Source: a virus. From it: a DNA stretch of 64,000 bases. The DNA lies in the IMG/VR virus record IMGVR_UViG_3300019360_000001; one strand, given 5' to 3'. Every line of letters starts with the position of its first letter. Position 1 is the first letter of the stretch. A program made the position numbers and the translations under genes. Shown here piece by piece: positions 38,685 to 49,157 of this stretch. The notes beneath the pieces were generated by a model. That model searched no databases, had not been told where the DNA came from, and worked only from the letters and a program-made list of their open reading frames with translations.

Positions 38685-39946
38685 TGATAGATACAATAAT
38701 CCAACAAATAAAAGATATAGTACACAATAACGCCTTTTTCCAAGGTGGAGCCATAATAGCTTTATTAGGAGCTATCTTTGCCTATTGTAGAAATGTACCA
38801 AGATATATTTGGATGTGGATAAAATTTAAATTTACTGCATCCATGCAAGTTACGTCAGATTCAAACTATGAGATGTATCACTCAATCCTTTCTTGGCTTA
38901 GTTCGCACAAAAAAATTAGGTCATGTAAAAACATATCTATTTTATCTTTGCATCATTCTTTGCAAAAAGAAGGGGTTAAAAATTTTAATATAATGCCAAG
39001 GAGTGGGTTTTTTCAAGTATTTTTTAAATATTATAGATGTTTTGTAGTTACATTAACAGAGTCGAAAAGGACTGGCAATATGGCAGAAGCAATAACATAT
39101 GAAATAAATTTAACTGTTTTTCCTTGCATTAATAATAATATACTTCATAAAATAATAGATGAAGCAAAAAAATTGTATGACACCGAAAGCAATAGATTTT
39201 TAAATATAAAAACTGGAACGGAATATGAAGATAATTTAATTTCTGATAAAAGAATTCTTTCTTCAGTTATAATAACTGACGATATAAAAAAAATTGTAGT
39301 AGATGATATTAGTCAATTCTTGGCAAGTCGTGAATGGTATCTAAAAAGAGGTCTAGATTACAAAAGAGGATATTTATTATATGGTACACCTGGAAACGGG
39401 AAAACATCTTTGGTTAAAGCAATAGCAAGCCATTTTAATTTGCCAATAAACTATATCCCGATGGGCGACGTTGGAGATGCAAAGCTTTTACAAATAAGAA
39501 ATAGAAGCGTTGATCCTCATATTGTACTAATAGAAGATGTGGACACAATTAGCGCCGCTTTAAGTAGAACTAAAAAACATGAGCGAAATAAGTCAGAAAT
39601 AACAATTAATTCATTAACTTTAAGTGGATTTTTAAATTTTTTAGATGGAGTTATATCTGAAAGCGGAAGAATTTTATTTATGACTACTAATTATCCAGAA
39701 AAACTTGATAAGGCAATAATTAGAGCTGGAAGAATTGATGTTTTTGCTTGTCTTGATAATGCCACAAAAGATCAAGCGTATAGAGCGTTTAAACTTTTCT
39801 TTGGCGAAGATGATAAATGTGAGAATTTAGCTTTAAAGTTTTCAAAATCGATTCCTGAAGGCACTAATATGGCAAGTATACAAGAACATTTGTTGAAAAA
39901 TAAAAATGATATAAATATGGCCAGTGTATTTAGAGGTAGAAAATGA
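38684..39946 (+). CDS. BCS1-like membrane-anchored AAA+ ATPase
   Basis: N-terminal TM helix; RGYLLYGTPGNGKTS, IEDVD, TLSGFLNFLDG, MTTN, RAGRID. Confidence 0.85.
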   Translation: MIDTIIQQIKDIVHNNAFFQGGAIIALLGAIFAYCRNVPRYIWMWIKFKFTASMQVTSDSNYEMYHSILSWLSSHKKIRSCKNISILSLHHSLQKEGVKNFNIMPRSGFFQVFFKYYRCFVVTLTESKRTGNMAEAITYEINLTVFPCINNNILHKIIDEAKKLYDTESNRFLNIKTGTEYEDNLISDKRILSSVIITDDIKKIVVDDISQFLASREWYLKRGLDYKRGYLLYGTPGNGKTSLVKAIASHFNLPINYIPMGDVGDAKLLQIRNRSVDPHIVLIEDVDTISAALSRTKKHERNKSEITINSLTLSGFLNFLDGVISESGRILFMTTNYPEKLDKAIIRAGRIDVFACLDNATKDQAYRAFKLFFGEDDKCENLALKFSKSIPEGTNMASIQEHLLKNKNDINMASVFRGRK

Positions 39947-40782
39947 AACAATATTTAGAGTTACTTTCTGATATAATGGAAAATGGAACAACAAAAAAAA
40001 CAAGAGCCGGAAATACTCTATCTATTTTTAATAAAAACTTGTCTCATAATATGTGCGATGGCTTTCCATTGTTAACTAGCAAAAAGATAGACTTTAAAAA
40101 TATCGTTATAGAAATGCTTTGGTTCCTTTCTGGGAATTCAAGTCCTAGTTTTCTGCATAAGCATAACATTCATTTTTGGGATGGATGGATTGAAAAAGAT
40201 GGAATGCTTCCAATATCTTATGGAGAAAATTGGCGTGCTTACCCTGATGGTGATTATAGTAATTTTGATCAATTTAAAGCAATTGTAGATGGCCTGAAAA
40301 AAGATAAGGATAATCGTAGATTAGTTATAGATAGATGGCATGCACCGACAGCATGGAAAGAAAAATTGCCACCATGTTTTTTTGCCTCTATTTTTAATGT
40401 ACAGTACAACAAAAATGGCGAACCGAATCTTTGTTTACATAATATAGGAAGGTCCGTAGATGCGCCAGTTGGGCTTCCTTACAATATTGCAGGATTTGCC
40501 CTTCTTCTTTGCCTTGTTTCTCATTTAACTAATATTCCTCCTGGCACAATAGCATTTTCTATGACAGATGCTCATATATATGAAAATCAAATAGATGGAG
40601 TTTCCGAACAAATAACAAGAATACCAGGAGTTTTACCAACACTTCTTATTAGTGATGATATTAAATCTATTGATGATGTGGATAATCTTATTAAAAATGG
40701 CACAACATTAGAAATAATGAATAAGTTTAAAATCATAGGATATAACCCACAATCATTTATTAAGCTCCCAGTTGCAGTTTAA
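39943..40782 (+). CDS. thyA: thymidylate synthase
   Basis: FPLLTSKK, EMLWFL, RRLV, LPPC, RSVD..GLPYN, DAHIYENQ. Confidence 0.92.
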   Translation: MKQYLELLSDIMENGTTKKTRAGNTLSIFNKNLSHNMCDGFPLLTSKKIDFKNIVIEMLWFLSGNSSPSFLHKHNIHFWDGWIEKDGMLPISYGENWRAYPDGDYSNFDQFKAIVDGLKKDKDNRRLVIDRWHAPTAWKEKLPPCFFASIFNVQYNKNGEPNLCLHNIGRSVDAPVGLPYNIAGFALLLCLVSHLTNIPPGTIAFSMTDAHIYENQIDGVSEQITRIPGVLPTLLISDDIKSIDDVDNLIKNGTTLEIMNKFKIIGYNPQSFIKLPVAV

Positions 40783-40800
40783 CATAATAAAGGATAAAAT

Positions 40801-41432
40801 ATGATTTGGCCAACAGATTTTGAAAATAAGATTATTTGCGGTGATTGTTCTAGCATAATAAGAAGTATGCCAAATGAATCAGTTGATCTCATTTTTACAG
40901 ATCCTCCATATTTAAAAAGTTTTCTTAATACATATGATATTCTTGCCAATGATTGTGCTAGAATCATGAAAAGAGGAGCATCTTTAGTGACTATTGTTGG
41001 TCATTTTGCCTTACCATTGATAACAAAAAAGTTCTATGATGCAAACAAGTTAAAATATAGATGGACATTTTGTATGAATCAGTTTGATGGTTCTCATCCT
41101 AGAATGGCCATGGGCATTTAGGTTTTATGGAAGCCTATGCTTTGGTATGTTAAAGATGCATATCCTACTGGTAAAGGATTTTTAAAGGATGGTATAAAAA
41201 TATCAGGTAAAGCCGGTCAAAAAAAGTTAATCATAAATGGGAACAAGATTTGGATTGGTGTCTTTATTATATTAGCAAATTAACAAAAGAAAATGATTTA
41301 GTGTTAGATCCATTTATCGGTAGCGGCACTGTTGCTATTGCCTGTAAAAAACTCAATAGAAGATTTATTGGAATAGATGTTAATCAAGAATATATTGATA
41401 TTGCCAATAAAAGACTAAGTGAGGTTAAATAA
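40801..41432 (+). pseudogene. beta-class DNA methyltransferase, disrupted
   Basis: TDPPY half ends at in-frame TAG (41119-41121); frame continues, then shifts in an A-run near 41220 into HKWEQ...DPFIGSGT. Confidence 0.8.
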
Positions 41433-41626
41433 TATGAAAAGGTTTATTAGTAAAGGCGAATGGTTTGATGAAGGAACCGAAGCAAAACTTATAGTTCAAT
41501 ATTTGTTTAAAGATGGTCCAAATAAAAATGCTCCACAAGATTGCGGCATTTTTGAAGGCATAAGGAACGGAAAGCTAGATGAAGAAGGTTGTGGCTTTGA
41601 TGAGTTTGATATAATAGAGGAGAACA

Positions 41627-42187
41627 ATGATTAGAATAGTAGGCGCTATTTCGCTAGATAGATGTATAGGGTATTATCCAAACGGACTTCACAAAAAAGG
41701 CAGACTTCCTTGGGAACCAGAAGAAGCACAAGTAGATTTGGAACATTTCAAAGAAGTAACATCTGGGCCAAAATCTATAGTTATTATGGGCCGCAAAACG
41801 TTTGAATCTATAAACTTCATTACTCTTCCTGGTCGTTATAATATTGTGGTTTCACGAAAATCAATAAAAGAAGCTGAGAATTTACATTGGGAAGATTCGC
41901 TTGACGCAGCTATAAGTCATTGTCGTCGAAATTATCCATCAAAAGAAGGCTGGAATATTAATTTTATAGGAGGCACTCAAGTCTTTAGTGAAGGTATGCG
42001 TTTTGCCAATGAGATTATTTTGACTATTATTCCTATTAAATCATATGAAAGATATGATACTGATCAATTAGTTTATTTCCCAGATATTCCTAATAATTTT
42101 GTTAGAACAGAATGTAAAGCGCACTCTAATAACAACAGCTTATTATTAGTTAAATATCAAAGAAGGAAAGGCAAAAGTAAATGTTAA
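41627..42187 (+). CDS. folA: dihydrofolate reductase
   Basis: LPW...DLEHFK..T, IMGRKTFES, LPGRYNIVVS, IGG. Confidence 0.9.
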   Translation: MIRIVGAISLDRCIGYYPNGLHKKGRLPWEPEEAQVDLEHFKEVTSGPKSIVIMGRKTFESINFITLPGRYNIVVSRKSIKEAENLHWEDSLDAAISHCRRNYPSKEGWNINFIGGTQVFSEGMRFANEIILTIIPIKSYERYDTDQLVYFPDIPNNFVRTECKAHSNNNSLLLVKYQRRKGKSKC

Positions 42188-43191
42188 AAGTAAGTTTGAT
42201 TACAGGTGCTTCCGGAATGGATGGAAGTATATTATCCAAGCAATTATTAGACAAAGGGCACAAAGTAATTGCCATGCTAAGAAGAACATCATCGCCGACT
42301 AATTGGCGATGGCAAGAACTTGGAATAAATGGACATAGAAATTTACAAGTAGTTTTTGGAGATTTATCTGATCAATCTTCGATTGATAGAATAGTTGCCG
42401 AACATAAGCCAAACGAAATATATAATTTGGCAGCAAATAGTTTTGTCGGATCATCTTGGAATTTGGCAGAGTCTGTTTTAGATGTAACTGGAATTGGAGC
42501 ATTTAGAGTTTTTGAGGCTGCCAGGAAACACCGTAAAGAGGCACGAATATATTGTGCTTCGTCTTCAGAGCAGTTCGGAAATAACGAATCTCATGTTCTC
42601 AATGAAGAAAGTATAATGAGACCTGTTTCTCCTTATGGAGCCGCAAAACTTTTAGCTTATAATATGGCAAAAATATACAGAGAGTCTTATGGTATGTTTA
42701 TTAGCTGTGGAATATTGTTTAATCATTGTGGGCCATATCGTGGAGAAGAATTTGTTACAAGGAAAATTTCTAAATCAGTTGCATTAATAAAACACGGGTT
42801 ATTAGACCACATATCCTTGGGCAATATAAACACTGTAAGAGATGAGGGAAGCGCAGAAGAATATACACAGGCCATGTATTTGATATTACAAAATCCTTAT
42901 CCAGATGACTTTGTAATAGCAACGGGCAATTCTTTATCTGTTTTTGATTTTGCAACTTATGCATTTGAGGTAATTGATATTAATATTACGATGGGAAATA
43001 TTGATAAATATATAACAATAGACAAAAATCTTTTGAGACCAAAGGAATTACACTTTTTATGTGGAGATGCTTCAAAAGCAAGAGCAATTCTTAATTGGAA
43101 GCCTAAAAAAAGCGTTAAAGATATCGTTAAAGAAATGGTTGAGCATGACTTAGAAAGGGTAAAAAATGGTATGGAAAAACATGGAAATTAA
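42181..43191 (+). CDS. gmd: GDP-mannose 4,6-dehydratase
   Basis: LITGASGMDG, YNLAANSFV, ASSSE, SPYGAAK, GILFNH, FVTRKI. Confidence 0.92.
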   Translation: MLKVSLITGASGMDGSILSKQLLDKGHKVIAMLRRTSSPTNWRWQELGINGHRNLQVVFGDLSDQSSIDRIVAEHKPNEIYNLAANSFVGSSWNLAESVLDVTGIGAFRVFEAARKHRKEARIYCASSSEQFGNNESHVLNEESIMRPVSPYGAAKLLAYNMAKIYRESYGMFISCGILFNHCGPYRGEEFVTRKISKSVALIKHGLLDHISLGNINTVRDEGSAEEYTQAMYLILQNPYPDDFVIATGNSLSVFDFATYAFEVIDINITMGNIDKYITIDKNLLRPKELHFLCGDASKARAILNWKPKKSVKDIVKEMVEHDLERVKNGMEKHGN

Positions 43192-44026
43192 TAAGATATA
43201 TAACGAGGATTGTTTGGCGACTCTTAATAGAATGCCAGAAAACTATGTAGACTTTGTTGTTACTAGTCCTCCTTATGGTGGTGGGCTTAAAGCAGATGAA
43301 AAAACAAAAGAAACATGGAGAACTTACAAAGGTTTTAGTTGGGATTTTGAAAAAATAGCCAAGGAACTTTATAGAGTTTTAAAACTAGGACGACATCTCA
43401 CTTGGGTTGTGGCAGATGTTACCAAGAATTTTTCTGAATCTCTAGATTCTTTTAAGCAAGCAATTTATTTTGTTGAACAGTGTGGATTTAAACTTTTAGA
43501 CACTATGATATATGAAAGATCAGGCGGACCTCCTCAATATCCGGGGCTTTTAAGATATCCTCATAGGTTTGAGTATATTTTTGTTTTATCAAAGGGAAAG
43601 CCTTCTATTTATAATCCAATTAAAGATGTTAAAAATAAATATGCTGGCACAATGAATAAAAGCAGTACACAACGTCAAAAAGATGGAACAACTAAATTTT
43701 CCGGTGATTATTTGGTAAAAGAAATGAGTATAAGAGGAAATGTTTGGAGATATAATACGGGATATAATGTAGATACGCAAGACAAATTAGCTTTTAAACA
43801 TCCTGCCAGATTTCCTGAAAAATTGGTTAACGATTTAATTGTTTCGTTCAGCAATAAAGATGATTTAGTTTACGATCCTTTTGGCGGAAGTGGAACAAGT
43901 GCTTTGATGGCAAAAATACTAGAAAGAAATTTTATTACATCTGAAATATCTAAAGAGTATTGTGAAGAAATAATACAAAAAAGATTTTCTGAAAGACTAA
44001 AATTAAATATAGGCATAATAAAATGA
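43181..44026 (+). CDS. beta-class DNA methyltransferase (SPPY, probably N4-cytosine)
   Basis: TSPPY, HPARFPEKL, DPFGGSGT. Confidence 0.9.
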   Translation: MEINKIYNEDCLATLNRMPENYVDFVVTSPPYGGGLKADEKTKETWRTYKGFSWDFEKIAKELYRVLKLGRHLTWVVADVTKNFSESLDSFKQAIYFVEQCGFKLLDTMIYERSGGPPQYPGLLRYPHRFEYIFVLSKGKPSIYNPIKDVKNKYAGTMNKSSTQRQKDGTTKFSGDYLVKEMSIRGNVWRYNTGYNVDTQDKLAFKHPARFPEKLVNDLIVSFSNKDDLVYDPFGGSGTSALMAKILERNFITSEISKEYCEEIIQKRFSERLKLNIGIIK

Positions 44027-44490
44027 GAGAAATAATAGGAGATTTGTTTAGCCAAGAATGCGATGCTATCTGTATTACAACAAGTGGGATTGTAAATCGT
44101 CATGGACAATTAATAATGGGAGCAGGATGTGCTTTAGAAGCAAAAAATAGATGGCCAAAATTACCATTTACTTTTGGCGAATTATTAGCTTTAAATGGAA
44201 ATATTCCTGTTATAATTAAAAAAGAATTTTTATTTGAAAGCAGTGATTCTATTCGGCCGTATGATATTATTAGTTTTCCAACAAAAAACCATTGGCTAGA
44301 TAAATCAGGCTTAGATCTTATTGTAAAATCTTGTGCTGGACTAATGAATATTGTAGCATTTCATGGGATTAAGAAAGTTGTATTACCAAGACCAGGTTGT
44401 GGTTGTGGAGGATTAGATTGGCAAAAGGTTAAAAATCTGATTAGCCCAATACTTGATGATAGGATATACATAATTAGTAATGGAAAATGA
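44023..44490 (+). CDS. macro-domain (ADP-ribose) protein
   Basis: GDLF, MGAGCA, FPTK.HW, PRPGCGCGGLDW. Confidence 0.85.
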   Translation: MREIIGDLFSQECDAICITTSGIVNRHGQLIMGAGCALEAKNRWPKLPFTFGELLALNGNIPVIIKKEFLFESSDSIRPYDIISFPTKNHWLDKSGLDLIVKSCAGLMNIVAFHGIKKVVLPRPGCGCGGLDWQKVKNLISPILDDRIYIISNGK

Positions 44491-44899
44491 CGAAATAATA
44501 GATAGGATAATTGATAATGCGTTTAGGCTGGCAAAACTATCGGTTTATATTGTGTTCGTTTGCAAATATCGCAAGTTCATTTTGAATGGACAGATTGATG
44601 ATGATATTAAGCAATTCTGTATGGATGTCTGTAAGAAGAATGATGTCACCATTGATATGATGAATACAGACAAAGACCATATTCATTTGCTTGTAGATGT
44701 TCCTCCTACTCTATCTACTACCTCATTGGTTCAGTATCTCAAACAAGAGACAACTTGGAATATCTGGAGAACTCATTCAAATGAGTTGAAGCAACACTTC
44801 TGGAAACGTAATGTGTTTTGGAGTGATGGATACTTCGTATGTTCTACTGGTGATGTATCTACACAAACCATTTTGGAATATATCAAATCTCAAGGATAA
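44480..44899 (+). CDS. tnpA: Y1 HUH transposase fused to 23 aa of interrupted phage gene
   Basis: IVFVCKYRK, DHIHLL, FWSDGYF, EYIKSQ. Confidence 0.88.
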   Translation: MENDEIIDRIIDNAFRLAKLSVYIVFVCKYRKFILNGQIDDDIKQFCMDVCKKNDVTIDMMNTDKDHIHLLVDVPPTLSTTSLVQYLKQETTWNIWRTHSNELKQHFWKRNVFWSDGYFVCSTGDVSTQTILEYIKSQG

Positions 44900-46116
44900 G
44901 ATGAAACAGGAATATACATACCGAATGAGATTGTATCCAAATAAGGAGCAAGAAACATTGCTCGCTAAACATTTTGGAAGTATCCGTTATGTCTATAATA
45001 TGTTTCTTGATCGAAAGACGAAGTTCTATTTGGAAGCGAAGGAAAAGCAACTTGCCAAGAAAACTTTGACCTATGTGGATATGGCAAAGGAACTGACACA
45101 GATTAAATCCAAAGAGGAAACTGAATGGTTAAATGAGTGCAATGCTCAATCACTACAACATGCCATTAAACATTTGGATGTAGCATACAATAGGTTCTTC
45201 AAGAAACTCGCCAAGTTTCCACGATTTAAGTCCAAGAAAAACAAACAATCCTTTCGTATTCCCCAATTCATAAAGGTTGAACTTGGACGCATATATTTTC
45301 CTAAGTTTAAGGAAGGAATCCGAATGGATGACCATAGAGGCATCGTAGGTGAGATTAACTATGCTACCATAACCAAGAACAAAGCAGGACAATACTATGC
45401 TTGTATTGGAGTGACCAGAGAAATTTATCCTAAAATGAAGACCAATAAAACTATTGGAATTGATTTAGGAATTAAGTCGTTGGTTGTCTGTTCCGATGGA
45501 CAGACATTTCCTAATATAAAAACAACAAAAAAGTATGAGAAACTATTAAAAATAAGACAACAAGAATTAAGTAGAACCAAGAAAGGTTCCAACGGTAGAG
45601 ACAAAGCAAGATTGAAGATTGGTAAAATCCAAGTAAAGATTGCCAACATTCGTCATAATCACCTTCACCAAATTACATCCAAATTGATTAACGAAAACCA
45701 AGTAATCTGTATGGAAGATTTGTCCGTGAAAAATATGATGTCTAATCATTGCCTTGCCAAATCCATTGGAGATGCTTCTTGGGGAGAACTTGTGAGACAA
45801 TTAACCTATAAAGCAGGTTGGTATGGAAAAAAACTCATTAAAATTGACAGGTTCTTTCTATCCAGTAAAACCTGTTCTCATTGTGGATACATTAACGAAG
45901 GTCTAACATTAGACCAAAGAGAATGGGATTGTCCACGATGCCAAAAGAAATTGGATAGAGATTTTAACGCCTCACAAAATATCCTTCGACAAGGATTGAA
46001 TTTAACGGTCGGAACGACCGGGTTAGCTGCTTGTCCTAATGTAAGACCTATCATTAGAAATAATGGGCAGTCGGTTGGAGCAGAAACCCACCTGCTTTAG
46101 CGGGTGGGTAGTTCAT
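44549..46116 (+). mobile_element. IS200/IS605-family element (tnpA + tnpB), left end missing
   Basis: Starts after TTTAT; right-end hairpin CCCACCTGC-TTTA-GCGGGTGGG then TAGTTCAT; removal rejoins a 58-aa ORF. Confidence 0.8.
44901..46100 (+). CDS. tnpB: RNA-guided endonuclease TnpB
   Basis: YRMRLYPNKEQ HTH; RuvC GIDLG, MEDL, DRDFNASQNI; CSHC..CPRC zinc ribbon. Confidence 0.95.
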   Translation: MKQEYTYRMRLYPNKEQETLLAKHFGSIRYVYNMFLDRKTKFYLEAKEKQLAKKTLTYVDMAKELTQIKSKEETEWLNECNAQSLQHAIKHLDVAYNRFFKKLAKFPRFKSKKNKQSFRIPQFIKVELGRIYFPKFKEGIRMDDHRGIVGEINYATITKNKAGQYYACIGVTREIYPKMKTNKTIGIDLGIKSLVVCSDGQTFPNIKTTKKYEKLLKIRQQELSRTKKGSNGRDKARLKIGKIQVKIANIRHNHLHQITSKLINENQVICMEDLSVKNMMSNHCLAKSIGDASWGELVRQLTYKAGWYGKKLIKIDRFFLSSKTCSHCGYINEGLTLDQREWDCPRCQKKLDRDFNASQNILRQGLNLTVGTTGLAACPNVRPIIRNNGQSVGAETHLL

Positions 46117-46244
46117 GATAAATTGTCAAGAGGAATACCGATGGAATTTGAACAAGAACAAATGGCACAAAAATACAAAAGTTTGTTAGAGTATCAGCAA
46201 AAGCTAATAGCAAAGTTAAGGTAATTTTTTATAAGGAGGTTTGT

Positions 46245-46538
46245 ATGGACGTTCGTTCTAGTAGTACGTTTACTTGGGATGCTGTTGCTGGGGCAGTAGA
46301 TTACCAAGTTGAACTTTCCCAGCTTAGTGGTGTAGTTGACAAAGTTGCAACAGTAACAAGTACTAGTATTATAGCTGGAGATTTGTTTACTGGTGTTACG
46401 GGTCTTGGCGTAGGATCTCAGCGTAGAGTTCGAGTGCGTGCAAGGGATGTTCTTAATGTTCCTGGTGATTGGTCAACTTTTTTGACGGTGACAATTGTGG
46501 GTTTACCAGCTCCAACTAATCTAAACGTAATTTTTTAA
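46245..46538 (+). CDS. fibronectin type III-like protein
   Basis: TWDAVAGAVDYQVEL...RVRVRARD...GDWS...PAPTNL. Confidence 0.7.
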   Translation: MDVRSSSTFTWDAVAGAVDYQVELSQLSGVVDKVATVTSTSIIAGDLFTGVTGLGVGSQRRVRVRARDVLNVPGDWSTFLTVTIVGLPAPTNLNVIF

Positions 46539-46547
46539 TCTAAAAGA

Positions 46548-46588
46548 GGAAGGAAGGCTTATTAAACTAGGCCTTCCTTCTTATTTTT
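46548..46588 (+). terminator. intrinsic terminator
   Basis: GAAGGAAGGC...GCCTTCCTTC hairpin followed by TTATTTTTT. Confidence 0.7.
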
Positions 46589-46649
46589 TAATACGTAGCT
46601 TAAAGATAAAGAACATAAGAACGATGATTAGAATTATGAGGGATATTTT

Positions 46650-49157
46650 ATGATAATGGAATACCTTAAAACCCCATTGCATAAATATACATTTTCTATT
46701 AGACCAATAAGAGAATGGGTAGAGAAAAATTCCAAAGGAAAGGTTCTTAATTTATTTGCAGGAAAAACCAAACTTAACTTAGATGAGTTTAGAGTTGATT
46801 GTAATAAAGATATGTTAGCAGATGTATATATGGATGCATTTGAATTTGTTACACAATGCAAAGATAAATTTGATACTATTTTATTAGACCCGCCATATTG
46901 TTATGATGATCAAACCGAGGTTCTTACGGATTCTGGTTTTAAATTTTTTAAAGATCTAGAAAAAACAGACAAAGTTGCTACTCTTAATAAAGATACCGGC
47001 ATAGTAGAATATTATTGTCCTACAGATTTTTATATTAATAAATATAATGGAGAAATGATAAAAATAAAATCAGGAAGCATTGATTTATTAGTAACTCCAA
47101 ATCATAATCTTTATATTTCAAGAATACATTCTGATAAATTTTATTTTATAGAAGCAAAAGATCTAAATTATGGTTGTGAATTTAAGGCTGAATTTAATTG
47201 GATAGCAGAAGATAAAGAGTTCTTCTGTTTGCCGGAAGTAAAATTTGATCGACATAATAGATACGGAGAAAAATTTAAAAAAATAAGAAAAATACCTATG
47301 GACATTTGGCTTAGATTTTTAGGCATATATTTATCAGAAGGGTCTGTAGACCAATACGGAACACATTATAGAATAAGAATATCCCAAAAGAAAGAGGAAA
47401 ATAGAAAAATAATAAAGAAGTGGCTTGATGAACTTGGTTTTCATTTTATTGTAGAAAAAAATGATTTTATAATATACGACAAACAGCTTTGTGTTTATTT
47501 GCGCCAGCTTGGTAAAGTTTTTGACAAATTTATTCCTTATGAAATTAAACAATTGTCAAATAGACAATTAAACATCTTATTAGATGCTCTTATATTAGGA
47601 GATGGCCATCGTTCTTCTAAGCCAAGATATAATGCTAAATATAATAAAACATATATAGATAAACATTTGAATTATTGTAGCCACTCCAAGAGACTAATAA
47701 ATGATGTTAATGAGATAGCTTTAAAGGCGGGATATGTATGCAGTATTTTTGCTAGAAAAGATGGAGGATATAGTGTTAATCTTGGACACCATAGAAAAAC
47801 CCCGATGATCATTAGGTCTAAAATAGAAAAATATATTAATAAAGTGCAATACAATGGCAATATTTATTGTATAACAGTTCCTAATAATGTTATTTATGTT
47901 AGAAGAAATAAAAATATGTGCTGGTGTGGTAATTCAGAACGAAAAAGCATGGAAATGTACAACGGTAAAAAAGTTTCTAAATTTAATAAAATAAAGGATT
48001 TTTTGCCTAACTTATTAAATGACAATGGTATTATTATTACTTTCGGATATCATTGTTTAGATGAAAAAACTCAATGTTTAACCGAAAATGGATGGAAATA
48101 TTATTATGAATTAGATAAAAACGATAAAATCGCTACGTTTAATAGAGAAAATGAAAAAATAGAATACAGCAAAATAAAAGATATGTTTTTATATAATCAT
48201 GACGGATTATTAAAACGCATATCAGATCGACATATAGACCAGTTAATAACTTTAAACCATAAGGTTGCTTTAAAATATAAACATCAAAATAATAATAAAA
48301 AGGGGGAAAATGTTACATGGAAAGACAAAACATGGCAATTAATAAAGGCTAATTCTATTACTCCGCATTCTGGAATTTATATTCCCGTTGCCGGAATTTA
48401 TAATGGGAATAAAAAAATAGGGCTAGAAATGGCAGAATTACTAGGATGGATTATATCTGAAGGTCATATGTTGGAACATGGGTCAGTTTTTATTCATCAG
48501 TCAATTAAAAATAAAAAAAATGTAGATAGAATAAGAAAATTACTTGTAAAATGTAAACTGTTTTTTACTGAAAAAATATATAAAGGTAATCCATATCTAG
48601 TTAATTTTTACATATCAAAGAGACAAAATAAAAAGTTTTATAATTTACTTGGTCATTATATAATTTCACCTAAAAAACCTAAATGGAATCTTCTTCATTT
48701 AAGAAATAATGAGCTAAAAGCGTTATTTGATGGTCTAGTAATGGGAGATGGAAGTAGGTATACAAATAAAAGCTGTATTTTTTATCAAAAGTCCAATTAT
48801 TGCAGAGAATGGTTTCAAGTATTATCTTGTCATTTAGGATATAGAACTGTTAATAATATGAAAAATAAAACAGTAAACGTGAAATTTAGCAACGAAAAAT
48901 ACATATCTAATTTAAAGTTTAGAAATAATTTTAAAAATGTTTTATATAAAGGAAAAATTTGGTGCATTAATATTAAAAATAATTGTTTTGTTATACGAAG
49001 AAATAATAAGGTTTCAATTACTGGAAATTCTGTGTCGATGGGCCAAAAAAGAGGATTTAAACAAGATAAAATTTTATTAATGAGTCATAGTGGTGGTATT
49101 CACGATACCATAGCTGTTATAGAGCGCAAAATAAATGAAAACAATACAATTAAATAG
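46650..49157 (+). CDS. minimal adenine methyltransferase-like protein (165-aa extein) with two inteins
   Basis: Extein motifs LNLFAG and LLDPPY; two C...N|S inteins. Confidence 0.8.
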   Translation: MIMEYLKTPLHKYTFSIRPIREWVEKNSKGKVLNLFAGKTKLNLDEFRVDCNKDMLADVYMDAFEFVTQCKDKFDTILLDPPYCYDDQTEVLTDSGFKFFKDLEKTDKVATLNKDTGIVEYYCPTDFYINKYNGEMIKIKSGSIDLLVTPNHNLYISRIHSDKFYFIEAKDLNYGCEFKAEFNWIAEDKEFFCLPEVKFDRHNRYGEKFKKIRKIPMDIWLRFLGIYLSEGSVDQYGTHYRIRISQKKEENRKIIKKWLDELGFHFIVEKNDFIIYDKQLCVYLRQLGKVFDKFIPYEIKQLSNRQLNILLDALILGDGHRSSKPRYNAKYNKTYIDKHLNYCSHSKRLINDVNEIALKAGYVCSIFARKDGGYSVNLGHHRKTPMIIRSKIEKYINKVQYNGNIYCITVPNNVIYVRRNKNMCWCGNSERKSMEMYNGKKVSKFNKIKDFLPNLLNDNGIIITFGYHCLDEKTQCLTENGWKYYYELDKNDKIATFNRENEKIEYSKIKDMFLYNHDGLLKRISDRHIDQLITLNHKVALKYKHQNNNKKGENVTWKDKTWQLIKANSITPHSGIYIPVAGIYNGNKKIGLEMAELLGWIISEGHMLEHGSVFIHQSIKNKKNVDRIRKLLVKCKLFFTEKIYKGNPYLVNFYISKRQNKKFYNLLGHYIISPKKPKWNLLHLRNNELKALFDGLVMGDGSRYTNKSCIFYQKSNYCREWFQVLSCHLGYRTVNNMKNKTVNVKFSNEKYISNLKFRNNFKNVLYKGKIWCINIKNNCFVIRRNNKVSITGNSVSMGQKRGFKQDKILLMSHSGGIHDTIAVIERKINENNTIK
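46899..47933 (+). mobile_element. 345-aa LAGLIDADG intein
   Basis: PPY|CYDDQTEVLT, VTPNH, LGIYLSEGS, LILGDG, WCGN|S. Confidence 0.9.
48054..49028 (+). mobile_element. 325-aa LAGLIDADG intein
   Basis: GYH|CLDEKTQCLT, ITLNH, LGWIISEGH, LVMGDG, ITGN|S. Confidence 0.9.

Noticed and set aside
39943-40782. ThyA homolog as base-modifying hydroxymethylase
   Set aside because: Retains the dUMP-specifying Asn (GLPYN) and has DHFR nearby; PPCF instead of PPCH alone is insufficient.
24856-41121. Stop-codon reassignment suggested by in-frame TGA and TAG
   Set aside because: TGA and TAG terminate many clear genes, long genes are uninterrupted in code 11, and the TAG gene also has a frameshift.
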